Below are positions 1-9,266 of a DNA stretch of 64,000 bases, piece by piece. Position 1 is the stretch's first letter. Each line of letters starts with the position of its first letter. The notes under the pieces were generated by a model that was given only the letters and a program-made list of their open reading frames with translations, was not told the DNA's origin and made no database searches. Where the stretch lies: the NCBI GenBank assembly GCA_963726125.1, contig CAVSBG010000005.1, positions 327,412 through 391,411 of the forward strand, given 5' to 3'. The stretch comes from an uncultured Alphaproteobacteria bacterium (GTDB lineage: Bacteria > Pseudomonadota > Alphaproteobacteria > Acetobacterales > Acetobacteraceae). Both the position numbers and the translations under genes were made by a program.

Positions 1-46
1 CGCCATGGCGCGAGGGTGCCCGCATTGTTCCGGGGGTGCCGGCAGG

Positions 47-424
47 TCAGTGCAATTGCTGCCAGGCAAAGCCTGCGATCCCTGCCACCAGCAGTATGAT
101 CCCGCACCAGCGATAGAACCGCAACGGCGCCAGCGAGAGCTGTCTTGCCTCCTCCACGGCAGCGCGTTGCTCCGGCGAGCTGTGCTTCGCCATGCGTGAC
201 CTGAACACTTCGGTTCCCCAGGTCGGCGCATCTTCCCGCAAGTTGACGGAGGTGCAGACGAACAGGGTAAGCAGGCCGAGAACGATCAGCCCGAACGGCC
301 CCAGGATCACGACCACCACAAAGGCAGCGGCGATCAGGCAGATGAGGACGCCCCAGGCGGTAGCGTTCGCTATGGTGCTCGCCGGTGTCCGCATGGCAAA
401 CGATACCGCCGGGCACGGCGCCAC
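47..424 (-). CDS. hypothetical small membrane protein (125 aa)
   Basis: The ORF has two or three long hydrophobic stretches (GVLICLIAAAFVVVVILGPFGLIVLGLLTLFVC; WCGIILLVAGIAGFAW). I recognise no family. Confidence 0.45.
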   Translation of the reverse strand: MAPCPAVSFAMRTPASTIANATAWGVLICLIAAAFVVVVILGPFGLIVLGLLTLFVCTSVNLREDAPTWGTEVFRSRMAKHSSPEQRAAVEEARQLSLAPLRFYRWCGIILLVAGIAGFAWQQLH

Positions 425-462
425 GCCAGCGCAGCGACTGCGGCACGCACCGACAATAAACC

Positions 463-1299
463 TTGTCTTTCCACCGTTGGTTAGTTATTATAACTGATAT
501 GGAAGCCGACATTCCCGCTCCAGCCTCGCCTCCCGATCCGCCACAGGATCAACCCGGCATCCCCGTGCCCGAGTACATCGCCGTCGTCCTGCACGTCGTT
601 CGCATCCTGCTCGGCTACGGCCACCATCTGCTCGGCACTGTGCGGCAACGCGCCGCTGCCCCCACATTCCCCGCCATCGCGGCATGCTTCGGCACTGCCA
701 ACCTCTCCACCATCATGGCCCACCTCAACCGCGGCATCCTGCGCGCCAGAGCGCTGCAGCGTTTCCTGCTCGCGCGCGCCGCAACCGGCCGAGACATCAA
801 CATCGTGATCCGCCGCACCCGCACCGACGAGGAGCCACCGCCCGCGCCAGCAGATGCCCAACCCGAACAGCCAGCCGCCCCCGCCGCTACGACCAAAGCG
901 CCACGCCCGTCGCTGCCCCCTGGCTCGGACGATCCGGAACTCTTCATGCCCACACTGGAGGAGCTCGAGCGTCAGGTACGCCGCCGCGCCGTCGGCCGCA
1001 CCATCGCCGAGATCCTCCGCGATCTCGCCGTCGTACCGGGCTTCTGCACCCCAGCCTTCTGGAACGCACTGTTCGAGGTCATGCATTACTTCGGCGGCAA
1101 CGTCGCGACCGTGATGCGCGAGAAGGCCCGCCGCGAGCAGGCCTTCATTCAGGAGCAGGACAAGAAGCTCGGCAGTACCTTGGACTGGTTGCAACTGAAA
1201 CCAGACGAACTCCGCCAGGTCCTCGGCTTCTTCATCGGCGAACCACCGGTCGATCCGTTCACCGCCCCCGCCGAGGCACTCGCCACCGGCCCGCCCTGA
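463..1299 (+). CDS. hypothetical Pro-rich protein (278 aa; alternative start at ATG 499)
   Basis: This is the longest ORF in the region with normal amino-acid composition. The overlapping alternative-frame ORFs are Arg/Pro/Gly-rich. I recognise no family. Confidence 0.45.
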   Translation: MSFHRWLVIITDMEADIPAPASPPDPPQDQPGIPVPEYIAVVLHVVRILLGYGHHLLGTVRQRAAAPTFPAIAACFGTANLSTIMAHLNRGILRARALQRFLLARAATGRDINIVIRRTRTDEEPPPAPADAQPEQPAAPAATTKAPRPSLPPGSDDPELFMPTLEELERQVRRRAVGRTIAEILRDLAVVPGFCTPAFWNALFEVMHYFGGNVATVMREKARREQAFIQEQDKKLGSTLDWLQLKPDELRQVLGFFIGEPPVDPFTAPAEALATGPP

Positions 1300-1330
1300 C
1301 CCATCGAAGTTTAACCTGAGCCTGATCGAC

Positions 1331-1467
1331 GGGACCGGACAACCGCCGGCCCCGCCGTCCCGATTCGACCCCCGCCACCACCCCTCTCCCGCGAAGCGGG
1401 GGAGGCCGGGAGGGGGTGCAACTGCGGGTGGGACCGAACAACCGCCGGCCCCGCCGTCCCGATCCGA
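1331..1467. repeat. composite intergenic repeat: two 38-bp direct repeats flanking a GC-rich REP-like palindrome
   Basis: The direct repeats are gggaccggacaaccgccggccccgccgtcccgattcga (1331-1368) and gggaccgaacaaccgccggccccgccgtcccgatccga (1430-1467), with 2 mismatches in 38. Between them, 1381-1418 (cccctctcccgcgaagcgggggaggccgggagggggtg) belongs to the same family as the elements at 30.5, 57.8 and 62.6 kb. Confidence 0.8.
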
Positions 1468-1660
1468 AGCCGTGGCGCCATCCGCTCGGCCACCGCGCAC
1501 CAGGCACGACATCCCACAACCCGGCAATCCAAGCCCCGCCATAACGACAAGGCTGATGCGTCACTGCCCGTGAGATTGAGTATAAGCCGGCAGGCATCTC
1601 ACCCGTCGCCCTCCGCGCCGTAGCTTTGCTTCCCCGCTCGCTCCTGGCAAACACAGGAGC

Positions 1661-2668
1661 ATGTCCGAACTGCCGCCATCGGAGATCCTCCAGGCCCTCC
1701 ACCGCATGGGCCTCATGCCCGCGGCTACACCTGCCCGAGGCGAACGGCTGACCGGCGGCGTCTCCTCGGACATCTGGCGCATCGACCTTCCCTCCGGCCC
1801 GATCTGCGTCAAGCGCGCGTTGGCCAAGCTGCGCGTGGCCGCCGACTGGCAGGCCCCGATCGAGCGCAACCGCTACGAGGCCCGCTGGATGCAGCGTGCC
1901 GTCGCCGCGGAACCCGGCGCGGCGCCCAACCTGCTCGGCAGCGACGAGGCATCCGGCTCCCTGGCGATGCAATTCCTGCCCGCCGAACGCTATCCCCTGT
2001 GGAAGGCGCAGTTGCGCGACGGTGACGCAGACCCCGACTTCGCCGCCCGTGTAGCTGCCACCCTGGCACGTATCCACGCCGCCACTGCGCTCGACGCGAC
2101 CGTCGCCGCGGACTTCCCCACCGACCGCATCTTCTACGACATTCGTCTGGAGCCCTACCTCGTTGCCACAGCCAGTGCGCACCCGGACCTCGCCCCTCAA
2201 CTCAACGCCCTGGTTCGCACCACACAGGCCAACAAGCACGCTCTGGTGCATGGCGACGTCAGCCCCAAGAACATCCTGCGCGGTCCCGCTGGCCCGGTGT
2301 TCCTCGACGCTGAATGCGCCTGGTGGGGCGACCCGGCCTTCGACCTCGCCTTCTGCCTCAACCACCTGCTGCTGAAGTGCCTGTGGACGCCCCGCGCCAC
2401 GCCCGGTTTCCTGGCCTGCTTCGATGCGCTGGGCGCCGTCTATACCGCCGGCACCACCTGGGAACCGCCCGCCGAACTGGAGGCGCGCGCTGCCCACCTG
2501 CTGCCCGGCCTGTTTCTCGCCAGGGTGGATGGCAAGTCCCCGGTCGAGTACATCACCACGGACCAGGACAGGAACCGGGTCCGTCGCACCGCACGCGCGT
2601 TGCTGGCGCAGCCCGTCGACACACTCGCGCAAATCCGCCAGGCCTGGGCGAGGGAGCTAGCCGCATGA
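1661..2668 (+). CDS. aminoglycoside-phosphotransferase-fold (APH/MtnK-like) kinase, substrate unknown
   Basis: The protein is 335 aa. It has an N-terminal nucleotide-binding region (GGVSSDIWRI ... ICVKRA), a catalytic-loop motif HGDVSPKNIL and a downstream DAECAWWGDPAFDLAF segment typical of the APH fold. Its stop overlaps the next start (ATGA). Confidence 0.75.
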   Translation: MSELPPSEILQALHRMGLMPAATPARGERLTGGVSSDIWRIDLPSGPICVKRALAKLRVAADWQAPIERNRYEARWMQRAVAAEPGAAPNLLGSDEASGSLAMQFLPAERYPLWKAQLRDGDADPDFAARVAATLARIHAATALDATVAADFPTDRIFYDIRLEPYLVATASAHPDLAPQLNALVRTTQANKHALVHGDVSPKNILRGPAGPVFLDAECAWWGDPAFDLAFCLNHLLLKCLWTPRATPGFLACFDALGAVYTAGTTWEPPAELEARAAHLLPGLFLARVDGKSPVEYITTDQDRNRVRRTARALLAQPVDTLAQIRQAWARELAA

Positions 2669-3951
2669 CCGACACCGCAATCGCCTTCGTGCATGGCCGC
2701 CGCGTATGGGACAGCCGGGGCCGCCCAACCGTGGAAACCGAAATCCTGTTGGAAGGCGGCGGCGTCGGCCGCGCCATCGCCCCCGCAGGCGCCTCCACCG
2801 GCAGCGGCGAGGCGCTCGACCTGCGCGATGGCGGCGAAGCGTTCGGCGGCTACGATGTGACCCGCGCCGTCGGCCACGTGAACGGCGAGATCGCCCGAGC
2901 CGTCACCGGCCTCGACGCCGCCGACCAGGCCGCCCTGGACCGCAAACTGATCGAACTGGACGGCACACCGAGCAAGTCCCGCCTTGGCGGCAACGCGGTA
3001 TCCTCGGTTTCGATGGCAGCAGCCCACGCCGCCGCCGCCGCGTCCGGGCAGCCGCTGTATCGCTACCTCGGCGGCCCCGACGTATGCATGCTTCCCCTGC
3101 CCCAGATCCAGATTTTCGGCGGTGGCGCCCACGCCGGCCGCCGCGTCGACATCCAGGACTTCCTCGTCGTCTGCCCCGCCGCGAAAACCTTCGCCCAGGC
3201 ACTCGACTGGACCGCCGAAGTATACCGCGCCGCCGGCGCCCTGATGAAGCAAGCCGGCACCCTCCAGGGCGTCGCGGACGAGGGCGGCTGGTGGCCCGCC
3301 TTCGCCACCAACGAACAGGCGATCGAGACCCTGGTCCGCGCCATCGAGCATGCCGGCTTCACCCCCGGCACCGAGGTCGCCATCGCCCTCGACGTCGCAG
3401 CCTCCGAATTCGGCCGCGGCGGCAAATACAAGCTAGCCCTGGAGGACAAGGAACTGGACAGCGACGGCATGATCAAGCTGCTCGCCGGCTGGATCCACCG
3501 CTACCCCATCGTGTCGATCGAGGATCCCCTGGCCGAGGACGACGACGTCGGCTTCGCCGCCTTCACCCACGAAGTCGGTGGGCGGGTGCAGATCATCGGC
3601 GACGACTTCCTGGTCACCCAGGCGTCCCGGGTCCGCGAGGCCGCCCTGCGCGGCACCGCCAACGCGGTCCTCCTGAAACCGAACCAGCGCGGCACGCTCA
3701 CCGAAACGTTCGAGGCCTGGCAGGCCGCCCAACAGGCAGGTTTCGCCGGCATCGTCTCCGCCCGCTCCGGCGAGACCGAAGACGTCACCATCGTCCACCT
3801 CGCCGTCGGCTGGGGTGTCGGCCAGCTCAAGGTCGGCAGCTTCGCCCGCAGCGAGCGCATGGCAAAATGGAACGAGGCTCTGCGCATCGAGGAAACCCTG
3901 GGCGCGCGTGCGAAGTTCGCCGGTAGCACCGTGCTGGGGCGCTCCAGATAG
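2665..3951 (+). CDS. enolase-family protein (divergent phosphopyruvate hydratase paralogue)
   Basis: The 428-aa protein is collinear with canonical enolase: SRGRPTVE, AGASTGSGEA, ADEGGW, ALDVAASEF, SIEDPL, IGDDFLVT, LKPNQRGTLTE, RSGETED, QLKVGS, RSERMAKWNEALRIEE. The start ATG at 2665 overlaps the kinase stop. Confidence 0.9.
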   Translation: MTDTAIAFVHGRRVWDSRGRPTVETEILLEGGGVGRAIAPAGASTGSGEALDLRDGGEAFGGYDVTRAVGHVNGEIARAVTGLDAADQAALDRKLIELDGTPSKSRLGGNAVSSVSMAAAHAAAAASGQPLYRYLGGPDVCMLPLPQIQIFGGGAHAGRRVDIQDFLVVCPAAKTFAQALDWTAEVYRAAGALMKQAGTLQGVADEGGWWPAFATNEQAIETLVRAIEHAGFTPGTEVAIALDVAASEFGRGGKYKLALEDKELDSDGMIKLLAGWIHRYPIVSIEDPLAEDDDVGFAAFTHEVGGRVQIIGDDFLVTQASRVREAALRGTANAVLLKPNQRGTLTETFEAWQAAQQAGFAGIVSARSGETEDVTIVHLAVGWGVGQLKVGSFARSERMAKWNEALRIEETLGARAKFAGSTVLGRSR

Positions 3952-4190
3952 TCCGGCAACATGACATCCCGATCGTCCGCTTCCGCTGAACCGATGCTCG
4001 GCCGGCGAGCAGGTTGGACACGAAGCTTCGCCGGAGAGGTTTGTATCGGCGCTTCGCGGCGGCGGAGCCTTGCATCAGTGCCAAGGTGGCATAAGAACCC
4101 CTCCGCGAATCTCTGCTTTCGGCTTACTTGCTGCCTTGCGTTCAGGCCGCCCCATTGCTTGATCTGTCCAGTGCCTGCACTCATGTCCCC

Positions 4191-5123
4191 ATGAATGTCC
4201 TGTTCCATTTCGCGTCAGGTCCAGATCTCACGGCGCGGTTGGCGGCGATCCCAGGGCTCAACATCACCGTGTGTCCCGAACAGGACGAATTGCTGCTTGC
4301 CAGGCAGCTCCCTGAAACCGAGATCCTCTGGCACGTGCTCAAACGCTGCACCGCCGAGATGATCGCCGCCGCGCCGCGCCTGCGGCTGATCCAGAAGATC
4401 GGTGTCGGTGTGAACACCATCGATCTCGGCGCGGCAAAGGCCCGAGGCATCGCGGTCTGCAACCTTCCCGGCACCAACGCGCGCGCGGTCGCTGAGCTGA
4501 CGCTCGTGCTCATGCTTGCAGTGCTGCGCCGCCTGCCACGCTTCGACGCCGCGATGCGCCGCGGCGAGTGGTCCGACCCCGTATTGCAGGACGGCATCGG
4601 CGAACTCGGTGGACGCACCGTTGGCCTCGTCGGCTACGGCGCCATTCCGCGCCTGCTGGCGCCAGTGCTCGCAGCGATGGGCTGCCGGCTCATCTACACG
4701 TCGCGGACGCCGCAACCGGACGCCGTCGGAGAGTGGCGCTCGCTCGACGCGCTGCTCTCCGAGTCCGATGTGGTCAGCCTGCACCTCCCGCTGACCGCCG
4801 AAACCGAGACACTGATCGACGCGCGCGCAATCGCGCGAATGAAGCGCGACGCAATACTGATCAACACGGCGCGTGGCGGCTTGGTTGACCAATGCGCCCT
4901 GACCCAGGCGCTGACGGATGGCAAGCTGGCTGGCGCCGGCCTCGACGTGTTCGTCCACGAACCGCATGATGCGGCAGAACCGCTGTTCCACCTCCCCAAT
5001 GTCGTGCTGACGCCACACATCGGCTGGCTGACGACCGGCACATTCGATCGCAGTTTCGCCCTGGCAGCCGAGAACTGCCGCCGCATCGCCGCCGGCGAGG
5101 CGTTGCTGCACCGGGTCGTCTGA
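4191..5123 (+). CDS. D-isomer-specific 2-hydroxyacid dehydrogenase (glycerate/phosphoglycerate dehydrogenase-like)
   Basis: There is an NAD-binding GLVGYGAIP motif, and ARGGLVD and HIGW motifs near the C-terminus. MNVLFHF at 4191 is preferred over the upstream extension at 4128. Confidence 0.85.
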   Translation: MNVLFHFASGPDLTARLAAIPGLNITVCPEQDELLLARQLPETEILWHVLKRCTAEMIAAAPRLRLIQKIGVGVNTIDLGAAKARGIAVCNLPGTNARAVAELTLVLMLAVLRRLPRFDAAMRRGEWSDPVLQDGIGELGGRTVGLVGYGAIPRLLAPVLAAMGCRLIYTSRTPQPDAVGEWRSLDALLSESDVVSLHLPLTAETETLIDARAIARMKRDAILINTARGGLVDQCALTQALTDGKLAGAGLDVFVHEPHDAAEPLFHLPNVVLTPHIGWLTTGTFDRSFALAAENCRRIAAGEALLHRVV

Positions 5124-5124
5124 C

Positions 5125-6600
5125 TTGCCAGCACCCACGATCTGGATCGATGTCGAGGACCTCTTCCAATACGCCCTCGCCAACCGGCGCCCCAGCGGCA
5201 TCCAACGTCTCGCCTTCGAGATCTGGCAGGCGTTGCAGGCGCAACACGGCCATACTGGACTGGTGCGCTTCCTGCGCCACGATCCCGCACGCAACAGCTT
5301 CCGCGACGTGGCGTGGGCCGCGGTCGCCGCGGCCTATGACGAGCTCAGCAAGGCGCCACCTGATCCAGAGTCGCTGGCGCCTTCAGCCACATTGGCCAAT
5401 CCACCAGCGAGACAGTTCGCACGGCGTGTCCTGTATCGATTCCCGGTGGCGACCCGGGAGGCCGCGCGCGACGCGCTGACCGCGCAGCGAAGTGCCATGC
5501 GCGCATGGGGACGTTTGCTGCGGCTTTTGGTAAAGGTCTCAGCGCGCAGGTCGCACCCGATTGGCCGCGGCAACCTACGATCCGAGCGCGAACATCAACC
5601 TTTGGCTCCTTTTGCGACGCATGCTGCTCCCGGCGACGTGCTGCTGGCATTGGGTGGCTTCTGGTGGCATCCCGACTACGCTGCGCTGATCCGCGCCCAC
5701 CGCCAGCGGTACGGCCTGCGGTTCGCTGTGATGGTCTACGACCTCGTGCCGCTACGTCACCCCGAGTGGTGCGAGCATGGGCTGATCCGCCTGTTCCGCG
5801 CTTGGTTCGAAGGTTCGCTCCCGCTGGCCGACCACGTGTTCGCCATTTCGCGAGCCACCGCGGCAGACGTAGAGGACTACGCGCGGGAACACCGCCTCAC
5901 ATTGGCGACGCCTGTGTTGCCAATACCGATCGGCACGGGTTTCAGCGTTGTGCCAAAGGCGACGGCCACAGCGCACCGTCAACTGCCCGCGCCAGGCACC
6001 TACGCCCTCATCGTCGGCACCATCGAGGCGCGCAAGAACCACATGCTCGCCTTCCGCGTCTGGCAGCGTCTGTTAAAGGAGCTGCCTGCCGAACGAGTAC
6101 CGGCATTGGTCTTTGCCGGGCGTATCGGCTGGCTGGTTCAGGACCTCATGCAGCAGATCGCCAATACCGGTCATCTCCAAGGCAGGCTGGTCGTCATTCA
6201 GTCCCCGACCGACGCCGAACTCGACGCGCTATATCAGGGCTGCCTGTTCACGCTGTGCCCATCCTACTTCGAAGGATGGGGCCTGCCAGTGACCGAGAGT
6301 CTGTCCTACGGCAAGCCATGTCTGATCGCAGACCGCACGTCCTTGCCCGAGGCTGGCGGTGCACTGGCGCGCAGCTTCGATCCTGACGACCTGGACGACG
6401 CCTACCGCGCGATCAGAACGGTGGTCGAAGATCGCGCCGACCTCGCCCGGTGGCAGGGACAGGTGCAACGCGACTTTCATCCTGTGCACTGGTCCGCCAG
6501 CGTCGAGGCGCTGCTACGAGGCCTTGCCCACCCGCTTGCGAGCCCGGACGGCGCAGTGACCGCCGAATCGCCTGCCCTCTCCGGCGTTGGGCAACCGTGA
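5125..6600 (+). CDS. glycosyltransferase, GT-B fold (family 1/4-like)
   Basis: The 491-aa protein has a C-terminal EGWGLPVTESLSYGKPCLIADRTSLPEAGG (E-x7-E type) motif. The TTG start lies 1 nt after the preceding stop. Confidence 0.8.
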   Translation: MPAPTIWIDVEDLFQYALANRRPSGIQRLAFEIWQALQAQHGHTGLVRFLRHDPARNSFRDVAWAAVAAAYDELSKAPPDPESLAPSATLANPPARQFARRVLYRFPVATREAARDALTAQRSAMRAWGRLLRLLVKVSARRSHPIGRGNLRSEREHQPLAPFATHAAPGDVLLALGGFWWHPDYAALIRAHRQRYGLRFAVMVYDLVPLRHPEWCEHGLIRLFRAWFEGSLPLADHVFAISRATAADVEDYAREHRLTLATPVLPIPIGTGFSVVPKATATAHRQLPAPGTYALIVGTIEARKNHMLAFRVWQRLLKELPAERVPALVFAGRIGWLVQDLMQQIANTGHLQGRLVVIQSPTDAELDALYQGCLFTLCPSYFEGWGLPVTESLSYGKPCLIADRTSLPEAGGALARSFDPDDLDDAYRAIRTVVEDRADLARWQGQVQRDFHPVHWSASVEALLRGLAHPLASPDGAVTAESPALSGVGQP

Positions 6601-6643
6601 AACGGGCTCTGCCGCGAATGCGCCGTCAGCGCCTACCCACCGA

Positions 6644-6952
6644 TCAGCCGTGCGCAGCCTTGCGCTTGCGAGTGGCGGCGGCCTTTTTGGCGGACGCGGA
6701 CCGTGCCGACTTGGGCCGGGCCGCCGAGGCTTTGCCGCCAATCTTGCCGCCCTTGCGCGAAAGTGCGCGATTGACCGGTTTGCCGCGACCGCTGCCGCTC
6801 TTCTTGCCGCCGCCGGTCTCCTTGTTGACCGTCGCCCACGCGCGACGCTCGGCTTCGCCTTCCGAGACGCCGCGACGCTCGTAACCTTCCTCGATATGCT
6901 CAGCCTGTCGCTTTTGCTTGTCGGTGTAAGCAGATTTGTCGCCGCGCGGCAT
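6644..6952 (-). CDS. small basic protein with a Lys/Ala/Gly-rich tail (102 aa)
   Basis: The N-terminus is MPRGDKSAYTDKQKRQAEHIEEGYERRGVSEGEAERRAWATVNKETGGG and is followed by a K/R/A/G-rich tail. The N-terminal module looks like a conserved small-protein family that I cannot name with certainty. Confidence 0.6.
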   Translation of the reverse strand: MPRGDKSAYTDKQKRQAEHIEEGYERRGVSEGEAERRAWATVNKETGGGKKSGSGRGKPVNRALSRKGGKIGGKASAARPKSARSASAKKAAATRKRKAAHG

Positions 6953-7071
6953 GTGACTGCTCCTTGACGCAAACTATGTCGATGCGCGCGGTAAACGCGG
7001 GTGCGAAGACACGGTTCCTCATGCAGGCAACGGTTGCATTCGCAATGCCGGGAGTGTGCAGTGGTGGCGTA

Positions 7072-8169
7072 TCAAATGGCCGAGCGGGGCGCGTGCAGCA
7101 TCGCCCAGATCGGCGACAACCGGGCGGCCAGTACCTCCGCCACCGATCCTGTGTCTGGACCTGCCTGGGAGGCACGATCCGGCCCGCCAGCGGCCATGTC
7201 GGGCAACTTGGTCAGAACATGACGCAACGACCGCAGTGCCGAAACCATGCCATCGGGCGGGCCACGCAGCACGTCGTTAACCGATTTAATCAGCGCCGGC
7301 CATTCGTCGAGCATCAGCGCCAGCCGCGCCAGTGCCTGCTTCAGTATCGGCAGCTCGGTCTGCCATCGCCTGATCGTGCCGGTGATATCAAGCACGGAGT
7401 AGTCAAGCATGTTGATCACAATGCCTGCGAGCTGCACGGTTCCCTTTGCCGAGTCAGCAATCGCCTGCAGATGTACGTCTGCCTGCAGTGCCTCCGGCGA
7501 TGACGAAACCACGCTTCGGCTGAACACCTCGACCTCATCACGCAGAACGCGCAACCAACCCGCCTGGATCATTTCGCCGCTACCAACGAGGCCAACCGGT
7601 GCCAGCAATGCAGTCAATTCCACGATGCGCGGTTGAATGTCCTTCCGCTTCACGCCCACGGCGACTGCTGCCGCAGCCACGGCGGATTTTGCGTCTTTGT
7701 CCCGCCAGCGCGCAGGGTCGGCCACCAGGTTCGTGAGGTCCGCGCCACAGGTGCTCAGCAGATGCAGGATCAGCAACAGTTCCACGTCGGCGAACCGGCC
7801 TCGCTCGGCTTCGGTGCGCGCCACCTCGCGGGACTTCGCCTCAGGTCCTAAAGCGCCCGTCAAGGCAAGTGCGCCCACCACAGCACGAACCTGGTCGGGT
7901 GTGGATGCATTGCTTTCGCCGACAGCCGCGTGCATTGCGACGTCATGGTCCGTCATCGGTGCCATGAGCGGCAGGCTCTTCCACGGTACGATGTAGGCCG
8001 TCCCGTTGTTGGCAAAGTCGCGCAGGATTGCGATCAGCCCATCGCGCTCATCATCGCAAACCCGCGCCATGCGCAGGGCCGGCGCCTCGAACGGCACTGC
8101 GGCACCACGCGGTCGCCGTTGTCCAAACCAGTTGCGGAGGATCGTGCTGCCTGACCCGGCGTTCCACAT
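7072..8169 (-). CDS. hypothetical protein (365 aa)
   Basis: This is a long ORF with ordinary, helix-rich (Ala/Leu) composition. The overlapping ORFs look compositionally spurious. I recognise no motif. Confidence 0.5.
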   Translation of the reverse strand: MWNAGSGSTILRNWFGQRRPRGAAVPFEAPALRMARVCDDERDGLIAILRDFANNGTAYIVPWKSLPLMAPMTDHDVAMHAAVGESNASTPDQVRAVVGALALTGALGPEAKSREVARTEAERGRFADVELLLILHLLSTCGADLTNLVADPARWRDKDAKSAVAAAAVAVGVKRKDIQPRIVELTALLAPVGLVGSGEMIQAGWLRVLRDEVEVFSRSVVSSSPEALQADVHLQAIADSAKGTVQLAGIVINMLDYSVLDITGTIRRWQTELPILKQALARLALMLDEWPALIKSVNDVLRGPPDGMVSALRSLRHVLTKLPDMAAGGPDRASQAGPDTGSVAEVLAARLSPIWAMLHAPRSAI

Positions 8170-8330
8170 GCTGCTTCACCGGGAAGATGTCTGCCGACTG
8201 TGGTAACGCAAAATCATGAAAAAGATGTGCGTGATAATGCGAATTCCGCATACGGATGCGTGCCGGTGCGTCTTCATGATCGATTAGTACCGGCGTGGTG
8301 TAATGGGCCGCGGCTAGAGCTGGCGCTTCC

Positions 8331-9266
8331 GTGCATATCATACCACTCGCGCTTTTGGCTGCGCTGTTCGCGCTGCCCCCCCTTGCTTCGATCGCGCAGA
8401 TGCCCGGTGCTGGTGGAACTGCGCCCGGCGTTGATTGCCGTGCGGCCGCAGTGGCCTTCGAGCAGTCCGCGAAGCTTCCACCTGGCCTGCTGCTGGCGAT
8501 CGGTCAGGTGGAAAGTGGCCGGGCTGATGCGACGACCGGCGAGATCAACCCGTGGCCGTGGGCCACCAACAACGCTGGAGAGGGCCACTTCTTCGCGTCG
8601 CCGCAGGAGGCGATAGCCTGGGTGGCTGCCGAGCAGGCGGTGGGCAACCAGTCGATCGATGTGGGCTGCTTTCAGGTCAATCTGCACTACCATCCCGACG
8701 CCTTCGCCAGTCTCGCCGACGCCTTCGATCCTTCCGCCAACGCGCGCTACGCTGCGAACCTGTTGAACCGCCTGCATGATCAGAGCGGTAGCTGGCCTCT
8801 CGCAATCGCTCTGTATCACTCGGCAGAGCCCTTCGAGGGCCAACGCTACGGCGCGCGCGTCCTGGCAGCATGGAATAGCGGCGGCAAGATCCTGGGCCTG
8901 CCTTACACTGCTTCCGTCGACACGACTGATCCGGTCGTTGTCAGGCTGGCGGCGGCAGCGTCGGTCGTACGGGTGGAACTCCCTACCTGGGCCGTTGCGC
9001 AATCTGTTGGGTTATACCAACCGCGACTGAAACCGACTTCCCTCGTCATGGCCGGGCCTGGCCCGGCCATCGACTACCCGCACCAATTTGCGAACGATGC
9101 AATCCCAGTAAGCAACCATCCGATGGAGATGGCGGGTCGAGCCCGGGTCGAGCCCAGTGATGACGTGGTCGGACCGTTGCGTGCGGTGCCTCAACAGTTA
9201 GGACGGTTGATATTACTCGCCCCGCGGAGAAGCGGCCTGCCTCGCGTCTTCACGCCCGGTCACTGA
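8331..9266 (+). CDS. lytic transglycosylase (SLT domain) with signal peptide
   Basis: A GTG start gives the signal peptide MHIIPLALLAALFALPPLASIAQ. The catalytic region reads LLLAIGQVESG...NPWPWATN...DVGCFQVNLHYH. Confidence 0.8.
   Translation: MHIIPLALLAALFALPPLASIAQMPGAGGTAPGVDCRAAAVAFEQSAKLPPGLLLAIGQVESGRADATTGEINPWPWATNNAGEGHFFASPQEAIAWVAAEQAVGNQSIDVGCFQVNLHYHPDAFASLADAFDPSANARYAANLLNRLHDQSGSWPLAIALYHSAEPFEGQRYGARVLAAWNSGGKILGLPYTASVDTTDPVVVRLAAAASVVRVELPTWAVAQSVGLYQPRLKPTSLVMAGPGPAIDYPHQFANDAIPVSNHPMEMAGRARVEPSDDVVGPLRAVPQQLGRLILLAPRRSGLPRVFTPGH

Noticed and set aside
2706-3926. A 406-aa alternative-frame ORF inside the enolase gene, and a 457-aa antisense ORF (1259-2632) over the kinase.
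   Set aside because: The compositions are dominated by Arg, Pro and Gly. The overlapping frames carry full-length enolase and APH-fold signatures.
8051-8341. A 96-aa minus-strand ORF overlapping the start of the 365-aa gene and the SLT start.
   Set aside because: It spans the A/T-rich divergent promoter region and overlaps two better-supported genes. There is no recognisable motif, although a 5' frameshifted extension of the 365-aa gene cannot be strictly excluded.
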